Positions 50,041-62,100 of a DNA stretch of 64,000 bases are shown here, piece by piece. The notes under the pieces are model-generated. The model was not told the DNA's origin and did not search any database. It saw only the letters and a program-made list of their open reading frames with translations. Source of the DNA: Takakia lepidozioides (taxonomy: Eukaryota; Plantae; Bryophyta); NCBI GenBank assembly GCA_030704615.1, contig CM060732.1:42780001-42844000 (forward strand). Reading direction: 5' to 3'. The position numbers and the translations under genes are program-made. Positions within the stretch are counted from its first letter, which is position 1. Each line of letters opens with the position of its first letter.

Positions 50041-51499
50041 TAACATATTGAAGCAACTCTACGATACTCCCTAAATAACCTCCCCAAAAGAGGTATGTCA
50101 GTATAATAGATGTTCTTTACACGTATCCTTGTGCCCGAGATACCATTTATCGACTTGTTGAACCGGCTATGGTCGGTCATGACCATATGGATGACCGGCT
50201 CCCATATGTGTATTTTTAACAAATGCGCAAGATTCAAAATGTGCATATGTGCCAAAAATTCATTATGATGCAACCTCCAAAATACTATATATGGTTCATT
50301 GAAATGTCTTAATGACTAACTGTATAATCCATTCACTTTAAATTTGACCTTAATGACAGTCCATCCTGGTATCAACCAACCATTTCATTTTAATGGCGGT
50401 TCATCTTCACATCATCTATATCCAACCACCACACATTGTCAATTAATGCGGTTCATCTGTGCATCATCCATCTATCATCGATGTCTCGACGGACAGTACA
50501 TGCTTGCGTCCAATGGTCGATCCCATAATCCAATGGATTAATTGTTTTAATAGATCTTAAGTCCATATAGCATTCATTCTTGAGGGCTTGCACTGGCACA
50601 TGGTATATATATGTAACTCATCATTTGCAACACTTGTCTTGATATTTGTACTCGTGAAAGGTTGTAAAGCCCCATATTTGCTCAGTCGGAAAATAGCCCG
50701 TTTCATCTAAAACGGCGATACACATCTATAGTATATTTTTTTGGCGTATGAAGCCGTTAAACCTTTACAATGATATTTAGGTTAGGGTTAGTTTTTGCAG
50801 GTGGCTCGATCCTGGCCCTTCATGAGATCTAGGGCCACAAGGCAGCGTCGTGGGCTTTGGCCTGTGATGCATCGCCATGCGGCGGGCCACTACGGCTAAG
50901 GCTTTTTGTATAAAGACGGCGCCCTGACACAAGGTTAGGGCGATGCAACGACGTAATGGTGTGAGCCTTGCGCGTGAGCGCGCGAGCGTACGCTCACGCA
51001 GGAGTGACGTGGCGTGAGCCTGTACCCACGCTGACGTGGCGTGAGCGTCATGTCAGCAGGCTGATGTGGCGGCAAATGATGACGTGGCACTGCGTCGTCA
51101 TCTGCCACGTCAGCATTAACATGCGCCGCCTATAACCGAGGATGGTCCTATGACCGTGGGATTAATGCAGGGAATCCTTGGCTGAATACAATCAAGACTA
51201 CCATGAGGCCTACAATTGTAGCATCCAACATTGTGCAATTACAAATGTTTGTTTCACTTTTATAATTACGAGGACGAGAAAATATCCTCACAAAGTGTGC
51301 GCCATAGAGGCTGCCACGGGAAGACCTTCCTCCCTCCCCAAATAACAATGAGAGTTAGGATCATCTTCAAAAGATGATTGCAGTGCATAGCGACAAGAAG
51401 GCATGTAGACTTGCACATGTCCTGATTTTGTGAATATGTTATCAACCAGTTTGGGCAAGAGAGGTAAATTCATACCCTGCAAACATTTGTATTTCATAT

Positions 51500-54400
51500 T
51501 TTTGAAGATGATGGTTTGCGATCCCAAACGTGACAACTTCGTTCACCAGGGCACTCTGAGTTTCAACGAGGTCGATACTCTATTGCAGCGGGATACAATA
51601 CATGGGTAGCATCAACTATGCAATGTGGTATGTGGACGACCATGCTATGAATGTGAAATTCAAATCAATTCGTTTGCAACATCGTCGGCGGTGCAATGAT
51701 ATGGCGTCCCTTATCCCTCTATTATGCTTCCAACTATACTGAGTGAGCTCTGAGTGACAACTTTTAAAAGCACATGCATCATTGGGTCGTAGGCCCTGTC
51801 ATGAACAGCAGATGTCGAAGTGATCATTGTGTACACCCGACCATATCTTGGATCGGGCATTTCCGTGGTGCTTGCAACACGGGCTTGGAGCATTCTTGCG
51901 GACTCCACTTTGCCAAAGTGTTCAGCGGTTGGAGGGAAACGCCGAACGAGCTTTCCATCCCGTTTGGTTGGCCACAAGTGAGGATTTGCCGGAGGGACCT
52001 GAGAGGACGTAGAAGTAGTAGCACATGCATGCAGTTGGGGTTGTCTCGCAAGGGAAAAGTCTGCCTCCTCCAGCATTGCAATCTCCTAACTTGTGAGATG
52101 TGTTCCCACCTTGACGAGCCAAACGGTTGGAAGAGCTGGCTTCATCACCACGGAAGGACGCACAGTTCCATGCACACATCTACCACAATCATCTGCGCAG
52201 AACCAGAACTTGTGGTTCTTGGCTTCTGGTTGATGGACGCATCAAACCCGTGAAAGTTGGAGCAGGAGTCCGGGCACCACCTCTGGATATAGATGAAGTG
52301 TACTTCTTGAAATTAGTTGCCCTGATCGCTGTATTTCACATGAGACCCTGCACTTGTGCGTTCTATGTACCAAACGTGGTCGGGGCATGCGGACTCAAGC
52401 ACATCAAGGGGGTTGTTTCTCTCCTGCACCATTTCAGTGGCACTGTTTGATGCTGGAGCCTGCCGTCGTGTTGGAGGTTCCTTTGAGGTTCCGGACATGG
52501 ATCTGTCATGCAGGGAAACACGAGGCTTCGAGAAGTTATCACGGTCTGCCCTATGCGAATCGGAATCCGAACCAGGTGGAGTGTTCAATTTCCTCTTACA
52601 CGAATCTCTCCTCCCCTTCAAGATGTGGAACTCTAGAAACAAGTGGCGTTCCCTGGGCATACATGCTCACCGCCCGTAGTATCTTGCTTGGATCCCCAGA
52701 TCTGTTTGCAGCACGCAACATCAACTCCAATTTGTCCGGACCCTTGCCACCAACCCCACCTCGCAAGAAATCACGGTATCGGGTTTGTTGTTGCAAGGCA
52801 CGTATCAAATCATCTGTTGTTGTCACATACAAATCCCGACCTCGTTTCCCAAACTGTTGCAACCATGCGTTGTGCACAGTCTCTGCCAAATTGCAAGATG
52901 GCATGTCCGTCATTTCCTCAATGGACATGTTCTGCAAAGTGGAGAACCACACTTCAGAACAGTGCACAGGGAACAACATAAAGAAAGCAATGAGTCAAAA
53001 ATATGGAAAGTAAATGTATGAATAAAGCAAGAAATAGAAGCCTCGCACCATTGTCATGGCTGCTCCCCACTGTCTGTACCGGAAGTGCCAAAACGCCAGT
53101 CAATCTTCCAATGCTCTCATACTCTCAAGCGATGCAGCTCCAGAAGAACCACCAGGCACGAATTGTCTAGAACAAAGTGTCCGCCTCCTTCATTGTTCTA
53201 GCATCTTTGTACTTTTTGCACAATTTACGGTGCTGAGACTGCATCTTTGGTTTGATGTCCGACTTTGTATGTTTCTCCAAAGATTGTGTCCAATGGAATA
53301 GACATGTACGCTCTCTTCCCGGCATTGACACTTTTGAGTCGCCCGATCCGAAGACAATTCGAACAGCATTGAAATTCGCCTGAGCACTATCCGCCATGAA
53401 ACCTGCAAAATTTGGAGATGGCATCCCGTGGCAGCCCATAACACGTATCAGGGAATTCCACATGAGCTTATGGGATTCCGTATCCTCGGATTGCATGTCA
53501 AACTAATTGTCATAACTCGTTGGTACACTGGATCGTAGACATGACAAGCCATTGTCGTCCAATCTTTCACTCATTTCACATGATCAAACATAAGAAAACA
53601 ATTCTGCAAGTCCCCAGTCTTCTGCATCCGCTTTACGAGGCTAACCCCACTGCCCTCCCCAACAGTCGACATTTTGAAAAGAAATACTTTGATGGCACCT
53701 TGACCTGGGAAAACATTGTCCTGGATATAGTCGTACTTGCTCAGTCGTTTCAATTCCAAAATGTTGTCTATGTAGCCTCTGATCCCAGAGCCCATTCTCA
53801 ATGCATTGATCTGATGCCGAATGTTAGGTGAACTCAAAGTGGAGAAATGATCCATGACAAGGTCCAATGCTGCACCGTCAAGTTTAGTCCCCACAAAATC
53901 CCCTTCACTCAAAATATGGCTTTCCAATAAGGACTTGCTTGCGCCAAGAGCAATTGCAGATATTGTTGCGGATGGGTTTCTCTCGTACTCCTGTTTAATC
54001 AACCTCGATATTGTCTCAACACTCTCCCTGTAATCCCCCTTCGAGACAGGATGGTTATGGAAACCGAAATGCACACAAGCTCCTGTCATTGTTTTCAAAC
54101 GGTGGACAACATAGTACATTCTTGCTCCGCACAGCGCCAGGCAGGATGACACAAGTTTGCAGAATTTGCAAACGAAAGCGTTTGCCGGGTGGAGGGGCAG
54201 TCCCAGGCTTAAATGGATTTTCCGCCAGACCCTCCCACTCGCTTTGATTATAAACCCCAGACTGAAGAAAGTGTCTGCAATTCAAATTATCACACCTAAG
54301 GTGTCCATTGCAAACTGTTCTCCTGAAAACAAGCTTGTCTTCATTTTGAATATTGAATGTTTTTGTTCTGCACCATGGGTGCCCGTCGTGTTTCTTGTCC

Positions 54401-55056
54401 ATTCCGTGCATCATGATTGTTACACCTCCAACTCGCGGAGGAGGAGGCAGCTCGAATAGGATATCGCCATAAAAAATCTCTGGCAGGAACTTCACAGGCA
54501 CATGCTTCAAAGATTCCCAATCAATTTCTCGCAACTCATTTTTGAAACCTGCCATTCCTCCCATCGCCCGTAGCTTTGGAATGACACTACAAAACTCTAC
54601 TTCATCCGCTTCTCCAACTACAGTAGGAAGGACTGGATTTGGAATTTCACTTATGTCATCATCGGACGAATCCGAAAGCTCAACGATTGGAGTGGAGGAC
54701 GTCTGTTCTTTTTTCACCACCACCTCCCTCTTGTCTTCAACGACTGAAGCTGCAGTCTCGGGCGTCACATATGATCCAAGGGACTTTCGCCGAGGCTCTC
54801 TAAGTACTCTGTATCGACCAGGGCGCACTCTCCACTGGCTAACATGAGCCGTCTCATCACGGTTTTGGAAAGAGTATTTCAACAACTTCCCTTCCAAATC
54901 GTACACCTCTTTCTCCAAAAAGATGGAGCCATACTAAAGCTCAAACCGGGTAGCCAAGACATGTTCTAGAACAATTGCGAATCCATTGTCAAGGGCTTCC
55001 TTGGAGAACGGCACTGGTTTGTCGTCAGAGAAGAACTCCGCTTTAGAGGAAGCCAT
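51500..55056 (-). pseudogene. MULE-family DDE transposase with an N-terminal GCM/WRKY-like Zn domain; stop and frameshift lesions, at least one intron
   Basis: ATG at 55056 (MASSKAEFF..., in-frame TAG at ~54935). Zn-binding region: DGHPWCRT..CNGHLRCDNLNC..CGARMYY..CVHFGFHNHPV. Core: FLMFDHVKR; GFMADSAQANFNAV; TCLFHW (CxxH); CNLAETVHNAW. GT-AG intron at ~53048-52932. Confidence 0.8.
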
Positions 55057-56172
55057 CTTGCCTCCTCTCGTACGAAGATGCCTTGCTATCGCAGCTCTTC
55101 AGTGAAATCTGTTGACTGAGGTCTCCAGAACACTGTTGAAGAATGAGCAGAGAATATCACGGAGAAAGCTCACACGATGATTGTGCACATTCTGTTATTC
55201 CTTCCAGACATGCAGCCGTCCATTTTAATTACTTTTTTTGTGGGCCCTGTAGACAGAGTATCCCTAGGAGCAATTTCGGCAGCTGTTAAACCTTTATTCA
55301 GAACCTCATCAATAAACATAATAACCAGCCGACTTCTCGGAAGTGTGCCAAAGGATCTGAGGGTGGGATAGCAGATGAAGTAAATGCATCTTTATAACAA
55401 TATCAATTGATCATGTGCACCTGGAAAGTCCAAACTGTGAAACGAACGTGGGGTTGGCTTACAAGGATGAATGTGTATGATATCCAAAAATTGCTCATCA
55501 AACACTCGTTCATTTACATTTATTTGTCTGAGATTGTGCGCCAAATGGCCTTATATTTTTTATTCCACGGTGCCACGGTTCTGATGGCATAGGCATTGTC
55601 TCAGGGTGAGCAGTCAGACCAGCTAATTGTTTATATGCAATGTTATATTCATCTATAATATTTGTCGTTGTTATTTTCAATTATTGAAACCGTTCAAATA
55701 AACGACACGCCGTTCATTTTGGGCGACACACGTCAGACATCGATAACTACATTGTAGACGAACAGCTGTCCACTAATGGCTGGCAGGTGCACTAATAAGG
55801 GAACGACGTTTGTGTAACGGTCACGCGAGAGGGAATCCGATGCTTCTAGAGACAATCCCCAACGCAAGCAACTCCACAAGAAATCGAGAGTCACTTTGGC
55901 TTTCTAGTTTCCGCACTTAGAGGGAGAGAGGTAGTCAAGCTGGAGAGGGTTCCTTCTACGATACAAAAGATAAAGAAGTCATTTTATTTTACTTCCCTTA
56001 GAGAGAGACTGAAAGAAAGAGAGCAAATGACGAGGCGTTGTTTGATGGAGAACACAGGGCCACGGCAGCAGGTGAACGAATAGACTGCAACACAAGAGCA
56101 TACCGACAATGAGGCACTATGAAGCCATGCTGATTTGCTTTGTACTCCTCTGTTTATCCACACCAGCTATTT

Positions 56173-57006
56173 GTGACTGGCGGTACCGCCATTCACAGTT
56201 CTTGAGATCATAGAGTCAGTCTGATTGCCTTTCAAGCACTCCTTCTCTTTCATTCTGTAGCAGGAACCTGTGATTGTCAGCAACGTCATTCTCTTTCTTT
56301 TCAAAACCCTCATTCTGATACAACAGAAAGTGAGTGTCGGTGCCGACATCAACTATGATCCAGTATTGACTTACACCAAACGCAATGCATTCCATTCTAG
56401 TGTAGTGCGAGTGTCGTTAACGCCATTCGATTCTCCTCATGAGCTTCCTGAACCTGTATGCGTGGAGAGAGAGTGATGGTCGACATATTCAGTCATATAG
56501 TCTTGCATTGCATTTTCTCTGTTTCAGGTTGAGCAGATTAGAGAAGTGGAATGGCGGTACCGCCAATCACTTTTTTTGAGACCATACTGTAGATTCATGT
56601 AGAGTATCGATTGCAAAGTACATTCCAGACAGACAAGAAATAGTGATTGTTTGTGAAGATCATCACAATGGAGTCTCTCTGACTTATCTGCACTCACTTT
56701 TTGCCCTAAACTAGAGTGAGTGTCGGTGCCGCCAATCACTAAGACATATATTTCATTGCACCAAACCGATCCAGTAGGTCCTTCAAATGTAATGTTTTTT
56801 TATTGTCGTTAACGTCGTTCGCTAATGCTCAGAACCTCTCTGTACCTGCTGCCCAGAAACATAGTGATTGTCGGTACCGACCATCACTATGTAGTCATAT
56901 TGTCTTGGTTTGCATTCGTCTATTTGTGTAGATGGTTGTGAATGTCGGTACCGCCATTCAATGTTATTTGAGACGAGACAGACTGATGGTTGGTACCGAC
57001 ATTCAC
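56173..57006. repeat. Array of 24-bp palindromes, consensus GTGAATGTCGGTACCGACATTCAC (upstream cluster)
   Basis: Clear copies at 56173, 56330, 56407, 56547, 56716, 56864, 56938 and 56983. Degenerate copies at 56270, 56473, 56643 and 56799. Confidence 0.88.
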
Positions 57007-57056
57007 TATTTGCACATAACTCACTGTCTGATTGGCATGGCATCGTGCAGAAAACT

Positions 57057-60000
57057 ATGAAGTCCAAGCAGATAGGAACAAAGGCAAAAGGTTCTAGAGA
57101 TGGGGACGAGTCTGCCAAGAGCTCTGAGAATAGCGATGAAGCAGATGAACCTGAAGTGCACTACCTTGACAAGGTGAAAGAACTCATGTCATTCCGGAAG
57201 GTAAACTCTCAGGAGGTTATTAGGGAAATGCTCGTCTCTGGAGGGCGTCGGGACATCCCACTATGCCGGATGATATCTATGCCTGTTGTACGTCCTCCTC
57301 TTTTCCATGACATTACAAAATTGGAAACTGATTTCGTGCATGGATACAGACTTGGTTCACAAGTTTCTTATGTGTCACTGACGGATACAAATGGGAAAAG
57401 CACATTGGTGTCTCCCGAGATCACAGATACCTGGGATGAGTGCTGGAAGGATGTTAATGAGGAGTTCGAGCGAGGCCTCATGATGGGAAGAAACACCCAG
57501 CAGCAGCAAACACATGTTCTACGTTGGACAAACCACCGATTGCTGGCATGGATGGGATATATTCAGAAACATCACAAAAGCAAGCATGTTGCTGTAGAGG
57601 CAATGGTTTTGGATCCTGGAAACGACATCGCTAGACTTCTTACAGCTATGCACGACGTGAACAAGTAAGTCATCCTAGAGACTCCATTGCCTCTCCAATG
57701 TCTTGTTAATCCCACCAAAAAATGATGTTTACCAATGCATTGTTTCCAATCTTTTTGCAGATCAACAGAGAAATAGCATGTGACAACAAGCTTGGTCCAC
57801 ACACTATTCCGAATTCAGAGGATTGGTCTGATGAAGCTGGATGATTTTCGCACAGTACTCCACCCCGATATAATCAAGAAGTGCGAAACAGGAAGAGCTG
57901 CAGGCACTTGGTATTCTTTGACTCGAGAGGCGTTTCTGGAGTACATGTATGCGGTAAGGCCGAGCATGTACTCATTTGTCTTTCTGAATACATGTTTGTA
58001 TTTCGTTTTGTACTCATCCCTATTTTGATCAATGCAGCAAGAACTGGCAAAGGCAGCTGAGAAGGGGAAATCCGAATACTACCGCACTACAACAGAGGGA
58101 ACTTAGGACATTAAAGGGTATGAAGCAAAATAAAGGAGTATGAAATCCGCATAACCAAACTGATGTCCGCCTTCTCAAAGCAGCTTAGAATAGTAGATCC
58201 TGGCCTTGGAGATGAGTTCATTCTGCAGATCAAATCTCACTATGACAAGCATGTGCACCCGGAGATGCGCAGGAGAAATTGCACCGGCTGGCCATCTCCA
58301 TGGTCGACCCCCAAACCAAAATAAGATGGTTGGAGATTTGGAACTCAGATCAGACAGTGAAGGACTTGAATCAGTTCCCAAAGATCACTATACAACCTGG
58401 CACAAAGGTGGAAGGAATCAGTGACATTGTACTGGCTTCACAAGGTTACATTTTGGAGTCAGGTGTGTATTCAAAGAAATTCCATCTTTGTTGACTTCAT
58501 GAATGTGATGAGTACCTTATTTGCAAAACTGACAAATGTACCATTTGCAGCTGGAGAAGCGCGCAATCATTGTGCTCGAGCAGACTTTGAAGGACTTGAA
58601 CATTTCTATTGTTTCCCCGCCTCAAATGACATTGGAGGCATACATAAGGAAGTGGAGAGGTCTCACCTGGAGATACTGTTTTTTCCGAGAATTCTCCAAG
58701 GATGGTAACATTTTACGGTCCAACGACTTTGACAGTCAGGTTGGGGGAGAGTGGGCCATGATGCGAGTTGTGTACAGGTGCAATGTCCTGCTGGAAACTG
58801 TGTTGCCTCTTGTGAGAAATTGTTAGGCTTTGTTAGCAGTGTAATCACAGATCCAAAGTGAATGTCTGTGTCCTTCCAAAGCTAGAGATTGCATTCACCT
58901 GAATTAGGAACTTAGGGTGTGATTGCAGTGTCCTTGAATGGAATTTTGTGAATGTCGTTGACGACATTTAGATCCAGAGTTGTTGTGAGCTCCTGAGATT
59001 TATTGTACGTTTTGTATGTTCCATTGACTTTTTAGTGAGAGTTCCTCACTCGAGTTTTCTGAATGTCGTTGCCGACATTCACTTTCCTTGCAATGTTGTT
59101 GCCTCTTGTGAGAAATCGTTAGGCTTTGTTAGCAGTGTAATCACAGATCCAAAGTGAATGTCGGTGCCGACATTCACTTCTATGTCTGTGTCCTTCCAAA
59201 GCTAGAGATTGCATTCACATGGATTAGGAACTTAAGGTGTGTTTGCAATGTCCTTGAATGGAATTTTGTGAATGTCGTTGACAACATTCACATCCAAAGC
59301 TGTCGTGAGCTCCTGAGAGTTCCTTAGAGCTGTTCTGAGCTCCATTTCCTTCCTCATTTTTTTCATTCTGTGCTATTGGCATCTTACTCACTTCGCGCTT
59401 TGGTGGGTTGGGTTTTGTCTCGTGTTTCACAGGTACACGAAATATGTGCTTATGGATGGAAATCACCTCAGCAGTATTCCAGACTATCTTGACAAGTGGT
59501 CGGACCCTGCAAACGATCCAACCATGTACACTGCAGGGATATTGAAGGACTGGAGTCCTTCTCACTTCAGAGACTGTGGTTGGTACCTAGACTGCCCACC
59601 TGAGCACACGACCTTTCAAGAGCAGCACATGAAATATATGAACAATAATGCTGAGATGCTGGCGCCTCTGGATGACGAGGAGTACCAAAGAAACATAGCA
59701 ACATTGGCTGCCAAGGAACCTGATTCTCAGGAAACGACGCAAAAGGGCAAGAAGGCGGGGCGCAAACCAAATGACAAAGCTCCTGATGTCATAGCCATGT
59801 CACCGGCAAAGCCAAAGGACAAAGACAAGTCCAAGGACAAGGGGAAGGAGAAAGAAAAGGAGAGTGGGAAGGACTTCACTGCTGGAAGGTATACCCGCAC
59901 AATTCAGTGCGTGTTCGATGCCAGGCCACACCCTTCCCGTGCTGATTCGACAGGAGAGATTAAGATTGTCAATGAGGGTTGGCTGGCGATGATGTAGAGT

Positions 60001-61294
60001 CGAAAGAGAGGATACATTGGGGTGCCATCGCCTACCTGGGGCAACATGATCTCATTCCTTAATCTGGTAAGAATTTGATTTTCTTTCCTTTGCATCTGTA
60101 AGTGTCATTTGCAGTATTAAAGTTTGTTTCACCGCACACGAAGGTGGGACCAGTGTTCACCTGCAACAGACATGTTCAATTTTAGAATGAAGACAAGATT
60201 GTTTTCAAATAAAACATTTGCGGCTGACATGGTCATTCTCGACATCCCGGACGGCCAAGCTGTGCCAGAAGTTCTTCCGAAGGGCAAGACGTCAAGCTGG
60301 AACAAATTTGATGACAACTACTGGAGTTGGGTGTTCGGGTTCTGTAATAATTTCCTCTCTGATGTAGGGACACTTCTGGTTTTTCAGTCATGTGACAAAG
60401 ATAATCGTCGAGCATTGGCATCATACCTGAAGTCCTCTGGGTTTGAAGTTTTGCGCACATTGAATTGTGTGAACAGCCTCTACCTTGTGAAAGGGGGTTA
60501 TCCTGGTCAGCTGGTATGCCGTCTCCTTTCTGTTTGTGCTTTCATGCTGCGTTTCAATGTTCTTTGCAGCTCCACTCTAGAAGAATCTGTAATGATCGAC
60601 ACCGATCATCATAGATTCGTGACAAAACATATTGTTGTATGCATGTGTTTTGAATAGCCAATGTACAAACTTCCACTATAGTTTGTGTTTACCACCCTAA
60701 CCTGCAGTCTTTGGCAGACGAGGATGTTCGAGGCGGTCTGCCTGCGGAGGATTCGCACCTCAAAGACACCATCCTCCGTCCGTAGCTTTGAGATTTCTGA
60801 CCAGGGTTGTTTCGTCAACCCCCCGTATGAGCCGCATGTCGATGACATTTTGTACAACTTCATGCAGTCCAGTCAGACTCTCAAGAGACCAGATGGCACT
60901 CCCTGGAGAGGTGCAAAGGAAAAAACCCCAGCGTTCATGCAGACACTGCTAGAGTCATGCAGCCACCATTCTGCACAGGTGGTCGATCTTTCTGTGTCCA
61001 CAAGTTCGTTCTCTCCCTTCTGAATTGATTTTCTTTCACCAGTTTCATCTTCTTAAATCCCCCACCCACCAACCTGTTCATGTCCTCATGTCTGGTGCAG
61101 GAGCAACTTACCATGCATGCAAGGCAGGCGGAAGAAGCCTTTTTGGCATGGAGGGTGATTCTGACCTTTACAAGACAGTGCTCCTCCCCCTTTTGTCTGG
61201 CTCCACTTCAGGCACACAGACTGAGAGGATTCAAATCCGAAATGATGACGATCCCGAGGATAAGCAGGTCGACAACAACTTTTCATGTGAGTAA
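57057..61294 (+). pseudogene. Multi-exon gene: ParB/Srx-like N-terminal domain plus a beta-class N4C/N6A DNA methyltransferase-like C-terminal domain; carries stop and frameshift lesions
   Basis: Exon 1 has RRDIPLCRMISMPVVRP...(MFYV-/-)NHRLLAW, the ParB DGxHR box with indels. Later exons have ADMVILDIPDG (motif IV position), FCNNFLSDVGTLLVF, PWRGAKEKTPAFMQTLLESCSHHSAQVVDLSVST/GATYHACKAGGRSLFGMEGD (motifs X-I-II). GT donor sites near 57665, 57954, 58463, 58779, 60067, 60514 and 61004. Confidence 0.72.
58800..59320. repeat. Intronic ~296-bp tandem duplication carrying 4 more 24-bp palindromes
   Basis: tgttgcctcttgtgagaaat starts at 58801 and 59097. Palindromes lie at 58948, 59059, 59154 and 59268. 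Confidence 0.88.
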
Positions 61295-61719
61295 GTCCTA
61301 AACCCACTTTGGGAGCCATATTCAATTTCTCGGACATCAATTTTACAGTAATAATTTTTTTCGGGCAAGAAAGGCAACGATGGATCTTCAGGAGATACCC
61401 CCATTTGTGGCGAGACTGTTTTCGACAGCCCCCTTTCCAATTTTCTGCTTCCCGTGTATGCTGAAACAATGGCACTTCATGCGGCCGAGTCTCTATCCCC
61501 TGACTTTTTATTGCCCAGCCGCACGAAGCCAGCGTAGATCCGGAGTTCTTAAATACTTAGACTTAGATGCAGAGGACGCGGGGATACATTGTACTGACTC
61601 TGAGTCAGACTGAACTTTGTTCTTTTAATGTTCTATTCCATCCTCTTCGGAAAACATTGAATCCCCTTACTCCACCGTAGTTGTTCCGGCAGAAAAAAAA
61701 AGAATCAGAGAATCCACTT

Positions 61720-62100
61720 TCATTAAAATGGCAATATGTATGAATCCATCCCACAAACCCCACTCACTCTTGTCATATCCATTGTGCATTCATCTACTGT
61801 GTATTCATGCGTGCTCCATTCATGAATGTTTTCCATTATTCAACATCCATTGTACATTCATCCATTGTACTCTGTAATCCACCCCACAAACCTACCACAC
61901 TCATGTCATATACATTGTGCATTCATCTACAGTGTATTCATGCATCCTCCAGTCATAAATGTTTTCCATTATTCAACATCCATTATACATTCATCCATTT
62001 TACTTACCCATCCACATTCATCCATCTACTTTCATTTTTCGCACTCATCCATCTGTTTATCATCCACTCTACATTCATCCATCCTTCATTCATCTGTTGC
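61720..62100. repeat. Low-complexity CATC/CATT-rich imperfect tandem repeat
   Basis: Blocks such as cattcatctac, tgttttccattattcaacatccat and cattcatccat recur. Confidence 0.7.

Noticed and set aside
51774-54847. Plus-strand ORFs overlapping the transposase
   Set aside because: They are shadow frames antisense to the MULE transposase.
56173-57006. CRISPR array interpretation of the 24-bp palindromes
   Set aside because: The context is eukaryotic with no cas genes, repeats are degenerate, spacer lengths vary widely, and spacers show internal duplication.
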